From assembly GCF_020745735.1 (NCBI RefSeq), contig NC_083425.1, forward strand, positions 29,933,575 to 29,997,574: a stretch of DNA of 64,000 nucleotides, written 5' to 3'. The stretch comes from Hemiscyllium ocellatum. Taxonomy: Eukaryota. The translations under genes and the position numbers were made by a program. The notes under the pieces are model-generated. The model was not told where the DNA came from. It made no database searches and saw only the letters and a program-made list of their open reading frames with translations. Below, piece by piece: positions 53,198-64,000 of this stretch (position 1 is its first letter; every line of letters begins with the position of its first letter).

Positions 53198-56100
53198 ATT
53201 GTGCTGTTTTTCCTGGCTTTCTCAGCATTAATTACCCATCCCAAGTTGCAGCTTGATTTAACTGCTTTACTGGGACTATTTCAGAGAACTGTTAAAAGGC
53301 AAGCACATTACTGTGAATCTGGAAGTACATGTAGGCCAGACCATGAATTGTACTAATAATGTTAAATGTGACAATATATTAGTTTGGTGTTGGGTTATTA
53401 CACTCACCTATAAATCTTGTCTAATTTCAAGCCCTGTCCTACAATAGCACACACTTCTAGGCTGCTTTTTATAACTGATAGAAAGCTGCATTGTCGTGTG
53501 TCTTTTTTTTATATACACCTTGGAATCTTGATACTTGAATGTGGCTACCATGTTACCCTCTTGAAAACAGCCATTACACTGAATAGATCTGTGAACTGTT
53601 TTGGAACATCTTGAATATGTGAAAAGTGTATAAAAATGCCTGCTGTTTCTTAAATTCGAGCTTTCAAACTATTTTAACATTGATTTTTATGGCCAATGTG
53701 TAGGACTACTGTTAAAGTGCAATAGTTATTGAAGAATCTGTGAGAACTGTCTGATTTTGCTTTCAGCTTATCCACACTTCCCATTTCTGACTTGCATCGC
53801 TTCCTTAATAATTCTTGCTTTCTTTGAAGGATGGGGAGCAACTTATTAAGTGGAAGTGTTTTCGTTGTATCTAAGAGAGAGAGAGGTTCTTGATTAGTAA
53901 GGAGATCAGGGTTATGGGGAGAAGGCAGGAGAATGGGGTTGCAAAACATTCAGCCATGAGGGAATGGCGGAGCTGACTCAGGCTGAGTGGCTTACTTCTG
54001 CTCTATATCTTATTGCCTCACTAATACCATTAAATGGGAAGCTTCAAGGCTTTGACCTGGTGATGAACGAGACATATTCAGTGTTCAAACCAACAAGTTG
54101 TGGGACTTTGATGTAAGTGTTCTATTGTATCTCAATAAGACAGCTGTTGCTCCAACTATGCTGAAAGTGGGATTTAGTCCTAATAATTGTGCACCAGATT
54201 CCTATATCAGCATTGACTACATAATGTGGGGAAATTGGGATGAGTGGCTGCATAAATTTCCTGAGCTCGTAAAGTGGGGATGGATGATAGCATAGTCAAT
54301 AAAATGTGCAGCTGGAAAAAGCAAAGTAAGTCGAGCAGCAGCAGAGGAGCAGGAGAGTTGATGTTTTTAGCCCTAATGGGGAGTAATGGTGTTGAGATTG
54401 CTGAATTGCCGATTCTTGCATCGATGCCAATCCCCAGCAGCTTCATGTGGTCTGGGAAGCCAACACCATCTACGTGGGCTTAACGTTGTGACTCTGTGTT
54501 AATGTTAGCAGGAAATGGAAGATAACAGCAAAGAAACCCATGTTGGTTGGCTATCTTTCACCAGTATTGCTTGCATGAGATCTTGGGTATCACATAATGA
54601 AACAGCATCAGCAACAACTAAATGCACTAGAGTTCTAGTCAAAGACATCTGCTAGATACTGTGATGCAGAGATAACTCAGTGGGAGAGCAGGTATTTTGC
54701 CTCTTGGGTATATTCACTGCCACAGTAGAAGTGCAAAGGTCACTCGAATTGGAAAAGATGAGATTGGTAAAGAAAGACCTGACGAAGTCGATCTGAAAAT
54801 GATCTTCACTTAGGCTTGAGTAACATACTGCAGTGCCACAACGGGAGGAACAAAGTCTGTTGTTTTTGTGGGTTTTTTTTGTTTGCTGATTTTTGCATGT
54901 AATTGTGTGCCAATGATTGAAGGAGTCTTTTCCATTTTTGAATAATTCTACAGCATGTTATTCCAGAGTGTGTTTATTCTGTTTTTTGATTTGTGTGAAG
55001 TGCAACATCAAACTGACAACTGAGAACAATTTTTGGCAAGTAGGATAAATCCTGTGTTAACTGCTTATTTCAGGAAATTACCATCTACATTACTGAACAA
55101 AATGTTTCCTCAACAGATCAATTCATAAGGTAATTCCCACATTTCCTATCAGCAAAACGGGTCAAGGAAACCAAATGGTTGGTAGTATCATCCCATTTTT
55201 ATTTCCTTCAGTTCCGGTCAGCCTTGCAATAAAATTTAACTCTGTTACTAAATATGATTCAGCATTCTCTTCATTATTAAAATATATTTTGTTAATTTAG
55301 GAGGTTGCATAAAACCAAAAGGTTATATGATACCAACCAAACATCAACATTTTATTTATCTGATTTTAATTTTACAGCTGTATGTTTTAAAAAATATAAT
55401 TATACAAGATATAGAATAAACTAGAATTAGGGAGTAAATCACTAAACACCACACAAAAGAAGGGATTTGACCCACTGGATCTGGACAAACCATTGTGAGA
55501 ATTTAATCTAGCTCCTCTGCTCTTTTCCACAATTTTGTTTCAGGATTTTTTTTCCCACTTCAGTTTGAATGCTATTGTTGAATCCTGGAATTATTAATCC
55601 TGCTATTATAGAGGTCCTGTAAAAATTACTTGTGAAAGATGGCTTGATGAAGTAAAACAATGAAGGATTCAATAATGTGATTTGCAAAGCAATGTGTTTT
55701 GTATCCTCAGAATAGATGGAATTTGATTTTATCATTGTGTGATGTATTGCATCTGTGACATTGCACCACCTCCTTTGTACTATCAGTACCAAGTTGTCAC
55801 CGGTTTCGAGAGTAGGCTTGAATCGAATGGCTTTGTCAATACTCCCATCTCTGGACGTCAATGAACCATGGTTAACAGTGAGTTCATTTGTTTTGAAGAG
55901 GAAGTATCTTTCTTAACACAATTTTCACAGTAGATTCCATAAACAACATTGAAATACATGATCCTGTGTGTTATCTCTAGTTCTTGATCTTTTTCCAGCA
56001 CTGAAATGGCTCTAATTAAAGCCACCAATTATATTCTGAGTGACTGATGCACAATTCCCCTTGACTTATCTGCAGCCTTTGACACAATTTACCACACCAT

Positions 56101-56338
56101 CTCTTTGAATTTCTCGCCAGAATTGGGCAGGAAAGTGATATTCTAATCACCTGGTTCTATTTTACTTATTCAGTTAGAGCCAGATCTCATCTGGTGCATA
56201 CGGGTGTGGGCAGATATGAGGATTTTTGTGGGTTTGCGCCTGGACCAGGCTGGTGGCAACAATTTATTTATTGTCCCTGAAAAGTTACCTTTGGAGGTCA
56301 CTGTGTCCAAACAATGGTCTGCATTTCTCAAAATCTGG

Positions 56339-56548
56339 GCAAAAGTGAGGACTGCGGACGCTGGAAACCAGAGTCTAGATTAGAGTTGTGCTGGAAAAGC
56401 ACACAGGTCAGGCAGCATCCAAGAAGCAGGAAAATCGATGTTTCGGACAAAAGCCCTTATCAGGAATGGAGGCAGGTTGGAGAGATAAATGGGAGGAGGA
56501 TGCTGGGGAGAAGGTAGCAAAGAGTACAACAGGTGAATGGGGATAGGG
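56339..56548 (-). mobile_element. PLE pLTR fragment
   Basis: Similar to the other copies; TCAAAA(T/C)CTGG at 56328 and 56549. Confidence 0.7.
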
Positions 56549-56933
56549 TCAAAACCTGGCCTTTTTTGCATCCCTACTTCATCAATCTCCTACTGACAGC
56601 TGTTCTTTCAGCTGCCTAGTCTCTAAACTCTGGAATTCCCTCCACAAGCAACATGCCTTCACTTTTCCAAGATGCTGCTTAAAGATCACCTATCATCAAC
56701 TGCTTGATTACAAAGATAAATGTTTTCCCAAAAACGAAAATGATGCACATAGTCAATCAGGCAACATCTGTCAAGAGAGAAAGTATTTCAAGTTAATAGC
56801 CTTTTCAGCAGGATGTTTTCCTCTGTAGCTTATCAGTTTCTGCTAGGTTAGGTTCCTGTGAAATGTCTTGGGATATTTTACCATGTTTAAGGTGCAATTT
56901 AAATATAAGTTATTGCTTTTCTTTTTGCTTCAG

Positions 56934-57038
56934 GTACCAGACCCCCAATATGGTATGTACGTATGGCCATGCGCTGTGGTATTGGCACAATATGTGTGGT
57001 TTTCCAGAAATACATTAAGAGGGAAGACCATCTTAGAG
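56934..57038 (+). CDS. METTL23: METTL23 exon 2 (VPDPQYGMYVWPCAVVLAQYVW...GKTILE; not in the ORF track)
   Basis: Manual translation; strong pyrimidine tract then cag|GTA; donor GAG|GTAAAC; 105 nt. Confidence 0.96.
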
Positions 57039-57856
57039 GTAAACTAAACTAACTTGATTTTGAATGATGACACCAGTAGAAAATAGGTGATAAATTAGAA
57101 TGTATATTAGATCATTCCATGTAATCTGCTTCAGTTCACTGCCTGTCTTTTAACCGAGCCTGATAAATGTTTGGAACAGGGTCAACCCAAGCTGGGTCTT
57201 ATTGCCTTCTGGAGTTCTGGCGTTTGCCAGAGAGCCACTGCTCCAGAATCTGTAGCTCCACCATCACTGGTTTTGAGTACTTGGTGGAGGGTGGAGCCTT
57301 GGACGTGGTGTCCATCAATTCCCTCTACATTTAGAAAAAGGTGGACACTATTTGGGATACAGTGCTTTATTTTCCCTCTGCTTTGACCTCCCCCTGCACA
57401 CTTTTTTGGTTTGTATTGCCCCTAATAGGCTTGACTTGTAAATCTTCATTTGGCTGCATACATTTTATTGATGATGGACAGTAGGTTGAAAACAAAAAAA
57501 AAGGTAATTTCAATGAGAAGGTTGCTTAATTGTGAGATAAACCTTCTGGTTAAGAATGGAAACAAATACAATTCTATGTCATCTTTGCTCCATAAGAGGA
57601 TTGGATTTGAAAGAAAGTGTCCCTTGCTGCTCAAGACAAAGTCGTTCTTAAGGAAATAGCTTACAAGTTTTCCACCAAAACATCACTGCTCTTGTATGTG
57701 TTGTTATCATTTACACATCGTTAGTTTAATTGATGTATCTAAAAACAGTGATTCAATTTGCAAATGCACATTCGCCAACCACAAAATAGTTTAAAATTAT
57801 ATTCAAAGTACAATATTTTCAATTTGCAATGATGTTGGAATTAATTTTGTTTTCAG

Positions 57857-58094
57857 ATTGGGGCTGGTGCAGGCTTACCTGGCATAGTGGCAGCAAAATG
57901 TGGTGCCAATGTGATTTTATCCGACAGTGCAGAGCTTCCGAATTGCTTGGATAACTGCCGCCTCAGTTGCCAGATTAATAACCTTGAAGATGTGCCGGTC
58001 ATTGGTTTAACCTGGGGGCAAATATCACCTGATCTTGTGCTGCTACCTCAGATAGATATAATTCTGGGTTCTGATGTGTTTTATGACACTGAAG
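57857..58094 (+). CDS. METTL23: METTL23 exon 3 (SAM-binding motif I IGAGAGLPG; SDVFY)
   Basis: Acceptor tttcag|ATT, donor G|GTAAAA; 238 nt; family-16 (7-beta-strand) methyltransferase motifs. Confidence 0.96.
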
Positions 58095-59351
58095 GTAAAA
58101 GTTTAATATTTGCAAAGCCTATACTTGTACATTATAATATAAAGGAATATTGTCTCTTTTATGTATTTTGGATTGATTGAATAATGTTAGTTATTGATAT
58201 ATATTCTAGAGGAAAAATACACTTTCTCAGGCTAAACCTTTGATTTAATCAGAATCAAACATCATATTCAAAATGTTAACTCTGCTTTCTTCCCACAAAT
58301 GCTGCCATATGTAGAGTTTTGTCAGTAGTTTTGACTTTTTTTAGATTTCCATCATCCACAGTTTTAAAATTTTATTTTGGTGTTCAGGAATTTGATCGAG
58401 CATTTCAATCGCAAGCTTTTTTTTGTCAATTAACTGTGTTGATTTTAACAACCTACATTTGTGCTGCACTTTTTAACTAGTTAAAACATTCCCAAATTTT
58501 TTAAGGGAATAGAACGAAAGTTGCTAATTTTTGTTCTTGGAGAGTTAACTGAAGCTTGTTAATTTGCCTTTTTTGTAGGAAAAGACACTATGGAAATACG
58601 CTTAATTGAAACGAAAATTGTAAAGGAGTTTTTATAATCAGTCTCATCTCTTTGCTCTCCAGAAATGAGAGAGACCAATGATAATATGGAACCGTTTTCC
58701 CTCTTCTGCATTGCTCTAGGAGAAATAGTCTTCACTTATACTGTAACATGATGGGTGAATCTATAGATATCTGGTTATAAGTGAAACGTGGGCAATATTC
58801 TTCAGTGGCGCGGAGTTGTCCTTCACAACTTGCAGCAAGGCATATTTTTACTTCCACAGTGTTTTACACATGGCGGCTTTAATGCTGCTGTTCATATTAA
58901 GATCTCAAATGATTCAACATATTACTCAAGTATGATATTAATTCTTATACCGAGGATATAAGAATTGGAATTGGATCACTTAAACATGAACTGGTGATAT
59001 TTTTGGCATCCAGGGCATGGCTACTCATACCAACAAGCTGAGTAACTGGAACACACAACAATTCATTATTTAAACTTGAAAACTGATACAAAACACAGAT
59101 TTGGAAACAGTAAATAGGTCTAGCACTGTGGACGGCAGTTGAAAGGTCAACAACCTGGAAGTTTCTCTTCCTCCCTGCCAGTTCAAATATCTAGTACTTG
59201 AATACTTGCATTATTATTGCTTTGTCTTTTATCTGAAATGTGCATTTTAAATTGACCATAACTGCCATTGGTTGCATGTAATTATGACTCCTGGAAACGT
59301 TAAACTAACTTTTCAGATGTTTATTGCTGAATATGAAAACAATATTTTTTT

Positions 59352-59690
59352 GGATGTAGGTTTGCTCGCTGAGCTGGAAGTTTAGTTTCCAGATGTTTCG
59401 TTACCCTATTGGTAACATCGTCCATGGGCCTCAGGCGAAGCACTGCTGATAAGTTCTGCTTTCTATTTGTATGTTTGGGTTGGTGATGTCACTTCCTGTT
59501 CTTTCTCCAGGGTGGTAGAAACCCAAGCATACAAATAGAAAGCAGGACTTATCAGCAGTGCTTCGCCTGAGGGCCACTGAAGATCTTATCTTATAGGGTG
59601 ACGATACGTCTGGAAATGAACCTTCCAGCTCAGTGAGCAACCCTACGTACAGAACCTCAACCTGAGCTACAAATCTTCTGTCAACTCGCC
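59352..59690. mobile_element. Palindromic PLE (Poseidon-like) derivative in METTL23 intron 3
   Basis: About 125-bp inverted arms, 59354-59480 vs 59520-59648; hammerhead-like CCA-CTGAAGA...GGTGAC-GATACGTC-TGG; imperfect flanking duplication A(C/A)AATAT(T/C)TTTTT. Confidence 0.75.
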
Positions 59691-59716
59691 AAAATATCTT
59701 TTTCATTTTAAAATAG

Positions 59717-59801
59717 ACTTCGAGAATATATTAACAACTGTTTTTTACCTCATCCGAAAAAATCCACATGCACTTTTCTGGACCACCTATCAGGAACGCT
59801 G
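59717..59801 (+). CDS. METTL23: METTL23 exon 4 (DFENILTTVFYLIRKNPHALFWTTYQER; not in the ORF track)
   Basis: Acceptor aaatag|AC, donor TG|GTAAGT; 85 nt, phase-compatible. Confidence 0.95.
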
Positions 59802-60680
59802 GTAAGTTTGTAAATTACTGCTTGTGCCTGAGCATTTTAATACCTTTTTTTGTTTGTATTTTTGATCAAAGCACTATTTCCTGTTGATTAACCAACTTCA
59901 AGCTTTGGGAATTGAGGCATTCTTCCCCTCGCATCATATTTCTATTGCTAATTGTTAGATTATCTGATGGCCAAAAAAGGGGGAGATATTGTACTCTGGC
60001 GACAACAAAACAAGCTTCAGAACTGGCTACCAAGTTCACCAGTTTAACTGCATTTATATTTTAACAGGACTACTCATATATACTCTTTCATGACATTGTT
60101 TTCAGCTGAGGTATTAGGTTGGGGAAATTAGAGTGAATCCCTTACTATTTATTCAGAATTTCTTAAAAACTAGGATCATGTTTAGAAACTGACTAACATG
60201 CACAAATTAAATTATATAGTCAAAGGTGAAATATTAGACGTACTTAAATTTTTGAAGCAGTTTTGTTAGCAGAACTGCATCAAAATCATAAAATTCTAGT
60301 CTATTACACTGTTTATTCTATTCTGCAAATATACTGGCATAACCATGTAGTTTAAACTAAGCTCTTCCATTTATGTGCACACATTGACCCCAATAACACA
60401 AGCAGAAACTGTAGTTTCAATTACAAGTCCTGATTTTGTGGGCATAGTTACTTGGTTTCCCACTTTCCTTAACAGTATAGTTTACACTTTCTTTCTTGTC
60501 TCCAAACTTAAGTCTACCTCTACTATTCTTAGGATACCACAATCCAATTGGATATTATATCTGATCTTTCTTATTCTAGTATCTTCAACATACTGAAAAT
60601 GAGGTTAATGTTGCGTTGTAAGTTTCAGTGTTAGTAGTGTCCCTTTGCTGTAATTTCTTTTTTTTCTCCCTTTCTTCCAG

Positions 60681-60855
60681 TGCTGATTGGTCAATTGAAT
60701 CATTATTGTATAAGTGGAATTTGAAGTGTGTTCACATTCCTCTAGAAACATTCAAAGCAGATGAAGAATTCCTTGCCGGATCAAACTTGCCAGGAAGTCA
60801 CGCTGTTCACATGATGATTATCATGTTAGAAACTAGTATTCCTTCAGTAACCTGA
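60681..60855 (+). CDS. METTL23: METTL23 exon 5 (ADWSIESLLYKWNLKC...PSVT*)
   Basis: Long pyrimidine tract then ccag|T; total CDS is 705 nt = 234 aa. Confidence 0.95.
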
Positions 60856-61360
60856 ACCTAATCTACTGAAAAAGATTGTTTTAGAAATACTGCAGTTGCT
60901 CTTTACATTCACAATCCATTTACAAATCATTCTACAGAAAACATTACCATGTCAAAAGTTATGTTTATCATAAACTATTTCACTGATGCACTTTTGCTGT
61001 TGAAAGGATTGGTCCAGCATGGAAGGACCAAGAGTGGCACTAAACCTTTTTGAATTGTGAGTTAATATTGTAATTAATGTTTGATGAAGTATCTCCATTA
61101 TTGTCTGAAACCAGTGCAGGGAATTAATGTTTTATTTAGGGTCTTCAAACATGCCGTTGTTAGCAAGTATATAATAGTGATTTGTTTCCCCTGGTGGACT
61201 TTTTTTTTTAAATTTCCTTTGTTTTAGCATGGTACAATCACTTTACAATCAGGAATGTTTTTAACTTGCATAATTTTGTCTTGAAGTAACATGACCATTT
61301 CCCATCCATTCTCACTGTTAAACATTTACATCTGTAAATGTAGTGTTTCCCCATATCAGA

Positions 61361-61400
61361 AATAAATGGACATTTCTAACGGGCTTCAAGTGTTAATAAA
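61361..61400 (+). terminator. Candidate METTL23 polyadenylation signals
   Basis: AATAAA at 61361 and 61395, followed by GT/T-rich sequence. Confidence 0.55.
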
Positions 61401-61649
61401 ACTGGATGATGGTTGTTTATTTCAGCATAGTTGTAGTTTGTCAACAGTCATCACTTGCTCCTTTCCCAAGAGTAATTCCTGCTACATTGAAATCCAGTTA
61501 CTCCATGCTCCAAATTCTTAATGACAAAAAAATCATACATTAACAGATCAGTAACCCTTCATAAGACTGCTGCAGACCTTACATGCCAAACAACTGTTGG
61601 TAGTGCTGTAATATATTCGGTAAGTTATTTCACTATGTTTGGCTTAAAA

Positions 61650-62785
61650 CATAGAATGTTACAGCACAGTCCTCTGTTACAGTGACCTGTGAAATTAATC
61701 TGATGCCCATCTAACCTGCAGTTTCATTATCCCTACATATGTCCAATGCCCTTAACATCAGTGAGTCTACTTAGTAGTAGTGGCATGGAATGGCCTGCCT
61801 CCAACAGTAGTAAAGAAACTACCCCAGCTGTCCTAAATCGATCACCCCTCAATTAAAAGTTATGTCCTGTCATGTTGGCCTTCACCAGCCGAGGAAAAAG
61901 GCTCTCATTGTCCATCCTATCTAACCGAGTGATTATCTTAATTGAGACGTATAAGTTGCCCCTCCAAAAATAAAACAGTCTCCGTTCCCTCAACCTTACC
62001 TCATAAGACCCTCCATACCAGCACCCTTCATATAATATGGTGACCAGAACTGTACAAAATACTCCCGGTGTGGCTTTACCATTGTTTGGTGCAACTGAAG
62101 CATAATCTTGTGGCTCTGAAACTCAATGCCCCTACCCATAAACACCAAAACACTATGCCTTCCAACAACCTATGCACCTGGACACAGATCTCTCTTCACC
62201 TGTACTTCCAAGAATTTTACCATTAGCCCCATACTCTGCTTTCCTGTTACTTCTTCCAAAGTGAACTACCCCTCACCTTTTCCTCAGCAAACTCCATTTG
62301 CCAGTTCTCAGCCCAGCTCTGCATCTTATCTTCATCCCTCTAACCCACATCCTTTGGCACTATCCACAAGTCTGCTTACCTGGTGTTATCCACAAATTTA
62401 CTAACCCCTCCTATGCTCACATCCAGGTCATTTATACAAGTGACAAAACAGCAGTGTCCCCAAAAACCAATACTTGCGATATTCACTGGTAACTGGGCTC
62501 CAGGATGAACGTTTCCCATGACCTATCACCTTCAATCCCAAAACTCTATTTTGAGCAATAGCCCACCATGTGGCACCTTTCCATTAAAACGCCTTACTGA
62601 AGTCCATTTACACCCCATCAACCACTTAACCTTCAGGCACCTGTGTGTCAGCTTCTCCAAGAACTCAAAAGTTAATAAGGCATGACCTATCCTTCACAAA
62701 ACAGTCTTAACCTATCCTGTTCAGATTATTCCTTTCCAGATGATTGTAAATCCTATTTCTTATAACCTTTTCCAACACCTTACCA
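61650..62785 (-). mobile_element. Old CR1 fragment
   Basis: Degenerate gaccagaactgtaca and gccttactgaagtcca motifs, collinear with the 6481 element. Confidence 0.7.
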
Positions 62786-62799
62786 CCTTAAAGTTAAAA

Positions 62800-64000
62800 T
62801 ATAGTTAACTCTAAAATCAATTAGAAATTGGAAACCAATGTAAAGGTATCACAGTTCATTACCGACATGGACCTTGAAGTTTACATTTGCTTTGCTGGAT
62901 GTTTGAGTGGTGCTGTTTTTCCTAAGCCTAACTTATGTAGAGTTTAGTGTGAGCAAGTCAAAGTTCTCTCTGTGCAAAAAAAATGCAGACTTTAAATGTC
63001 AGCTGCTTCACCTCCAACTCCAGACACAGCCGCTGTCTATTCCTAATATTTTGTTCTGACTTCATTTTTCACAATAAGTTTACATGAATGTTTGGATATT
63101 GTGTCAATGGATTGATTTTAATCAAAATATAAGCTCCATAATACTCATGACTGCAGAAATACAGACAAAACCTGTTTTTTCCACTCCTCAAATGTTGTAC
63201 TATATTAAAATGACAGCAACTCTATACGTTTCAAATGGAAATTAGTTAGCTGTGTAGAAAATTTGTACTACAAACCAATACTCCAGTTGCTTCCTCCACA
63301 CAGGCTTATTCATTGATTAAGTATCACATTAGTAAAAAGCCATTTCTAGAGTCTAGAATTATGGCTTAGCAGTAATTTAGCAATTTTGGTGTCCTCCTGA
63401 CACTGTATTTTAATAATCTCTGGCTGCATAAACTATGGCCCCTTTGTGAATAAGCTAAGATGTCTTGGCTATACAGAAGTGTTCATCTATTAAATAAGTT
63501 ATGAAATTTAGACCACATTACCCAACCTCATACTGAATTGAAACAATACAAAGCTAGACTGCTGAGCTGACAATGCACTTTGTCAATCAACATAAGTAAC
63601 ATCCACAATACATATTATGGAAACATGCCTAAAGCTGGCATTAAAATTAAACTGCTCAAAATATTTACCTTCCTCTTTCAAGATGCACAATTTAAAACAG
63701 GAGTATGACATTCATCCCTTTAATCATGAGTTAAATCAGGAGTAAAGTTGATCTTTACCTCAATTGCTCTGTCTTGCATTATCCGCGTGAAGCATCGGTG
63801 ACTAACAATTGAAGTTACAATACAGCTGTAGTGATGCACAATTAAAACGTGATTTTTCTAAACTCGGAAACAACTCGGATGAATAAAATTCCTCATGCTT
63901 CAATATTCTTGCTATGAAGAGCAATTGAAGTTCAAGCTGGTCCTTTTAATGGAATGTAGTGGGGTGCAAAACATCCTGTCAACATTCCACACCAATTCCA
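62800..64000 (-). other. Repeat-poor non-coding segment, possibly the 3' UTR of SRSF2
   Basis: No recognisable repeats or ORFs; SRSF2 is the usual convergent neighbour of METTL23. Based on synteny inference only. Confidence 0.3.

Noticed and set aside
58615-58750. Two weak hairpins separated by ATAATA as an H/ACA snoRNA in METTL23 intron 3
   Set aside because: No clear pseudouridylation pockets or well-placed ACA box; would need an Infernal/snoGPS hit.

Overview
Eukaryotic genomic DNA, very likely from a cartilaginous fish (shark); this is inferred from the repeat content: HE1/V-type tRNA SINEs, CR1 LINEs and abundant Penelope-like elements (PLEs). The window holds the conserved vertebrate MXRA7-JMJD6-METTL23 cluster. 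MXRA7 contributes exon 1 plus about 18 kb of intron 1 (minus strand; later exons are probably left of the window). JMJD6 is complete (minus, 6 coding exons, 403 aa). METTL23 is complete (plus, 5 coding exons, 234 aa) and sits head-to-head with JMJD6, with 273 nt between the start codons, in a CpG-rich bidirectional promoter. The repeat-poor right end may be the 3' UTR of the usual next neighbour SRSF2, which is inference only. Most ORFs in the track are retroelement debris or chance. The most interesting non-genic signal is a set of short PLE-derived insertions, many fold-back and many with 11-16 bp target duplications. They carry minimal hammerhead-ribozyme motifs from about four sequence families with compensatory stems. 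All intact-core copies I found lie antisense to the host gene. One such palindrome is inserted into the METTL23 exon 4 acceptor region. Exon coordinates were read by eye from splice sites; repeat boundaries are approximate.
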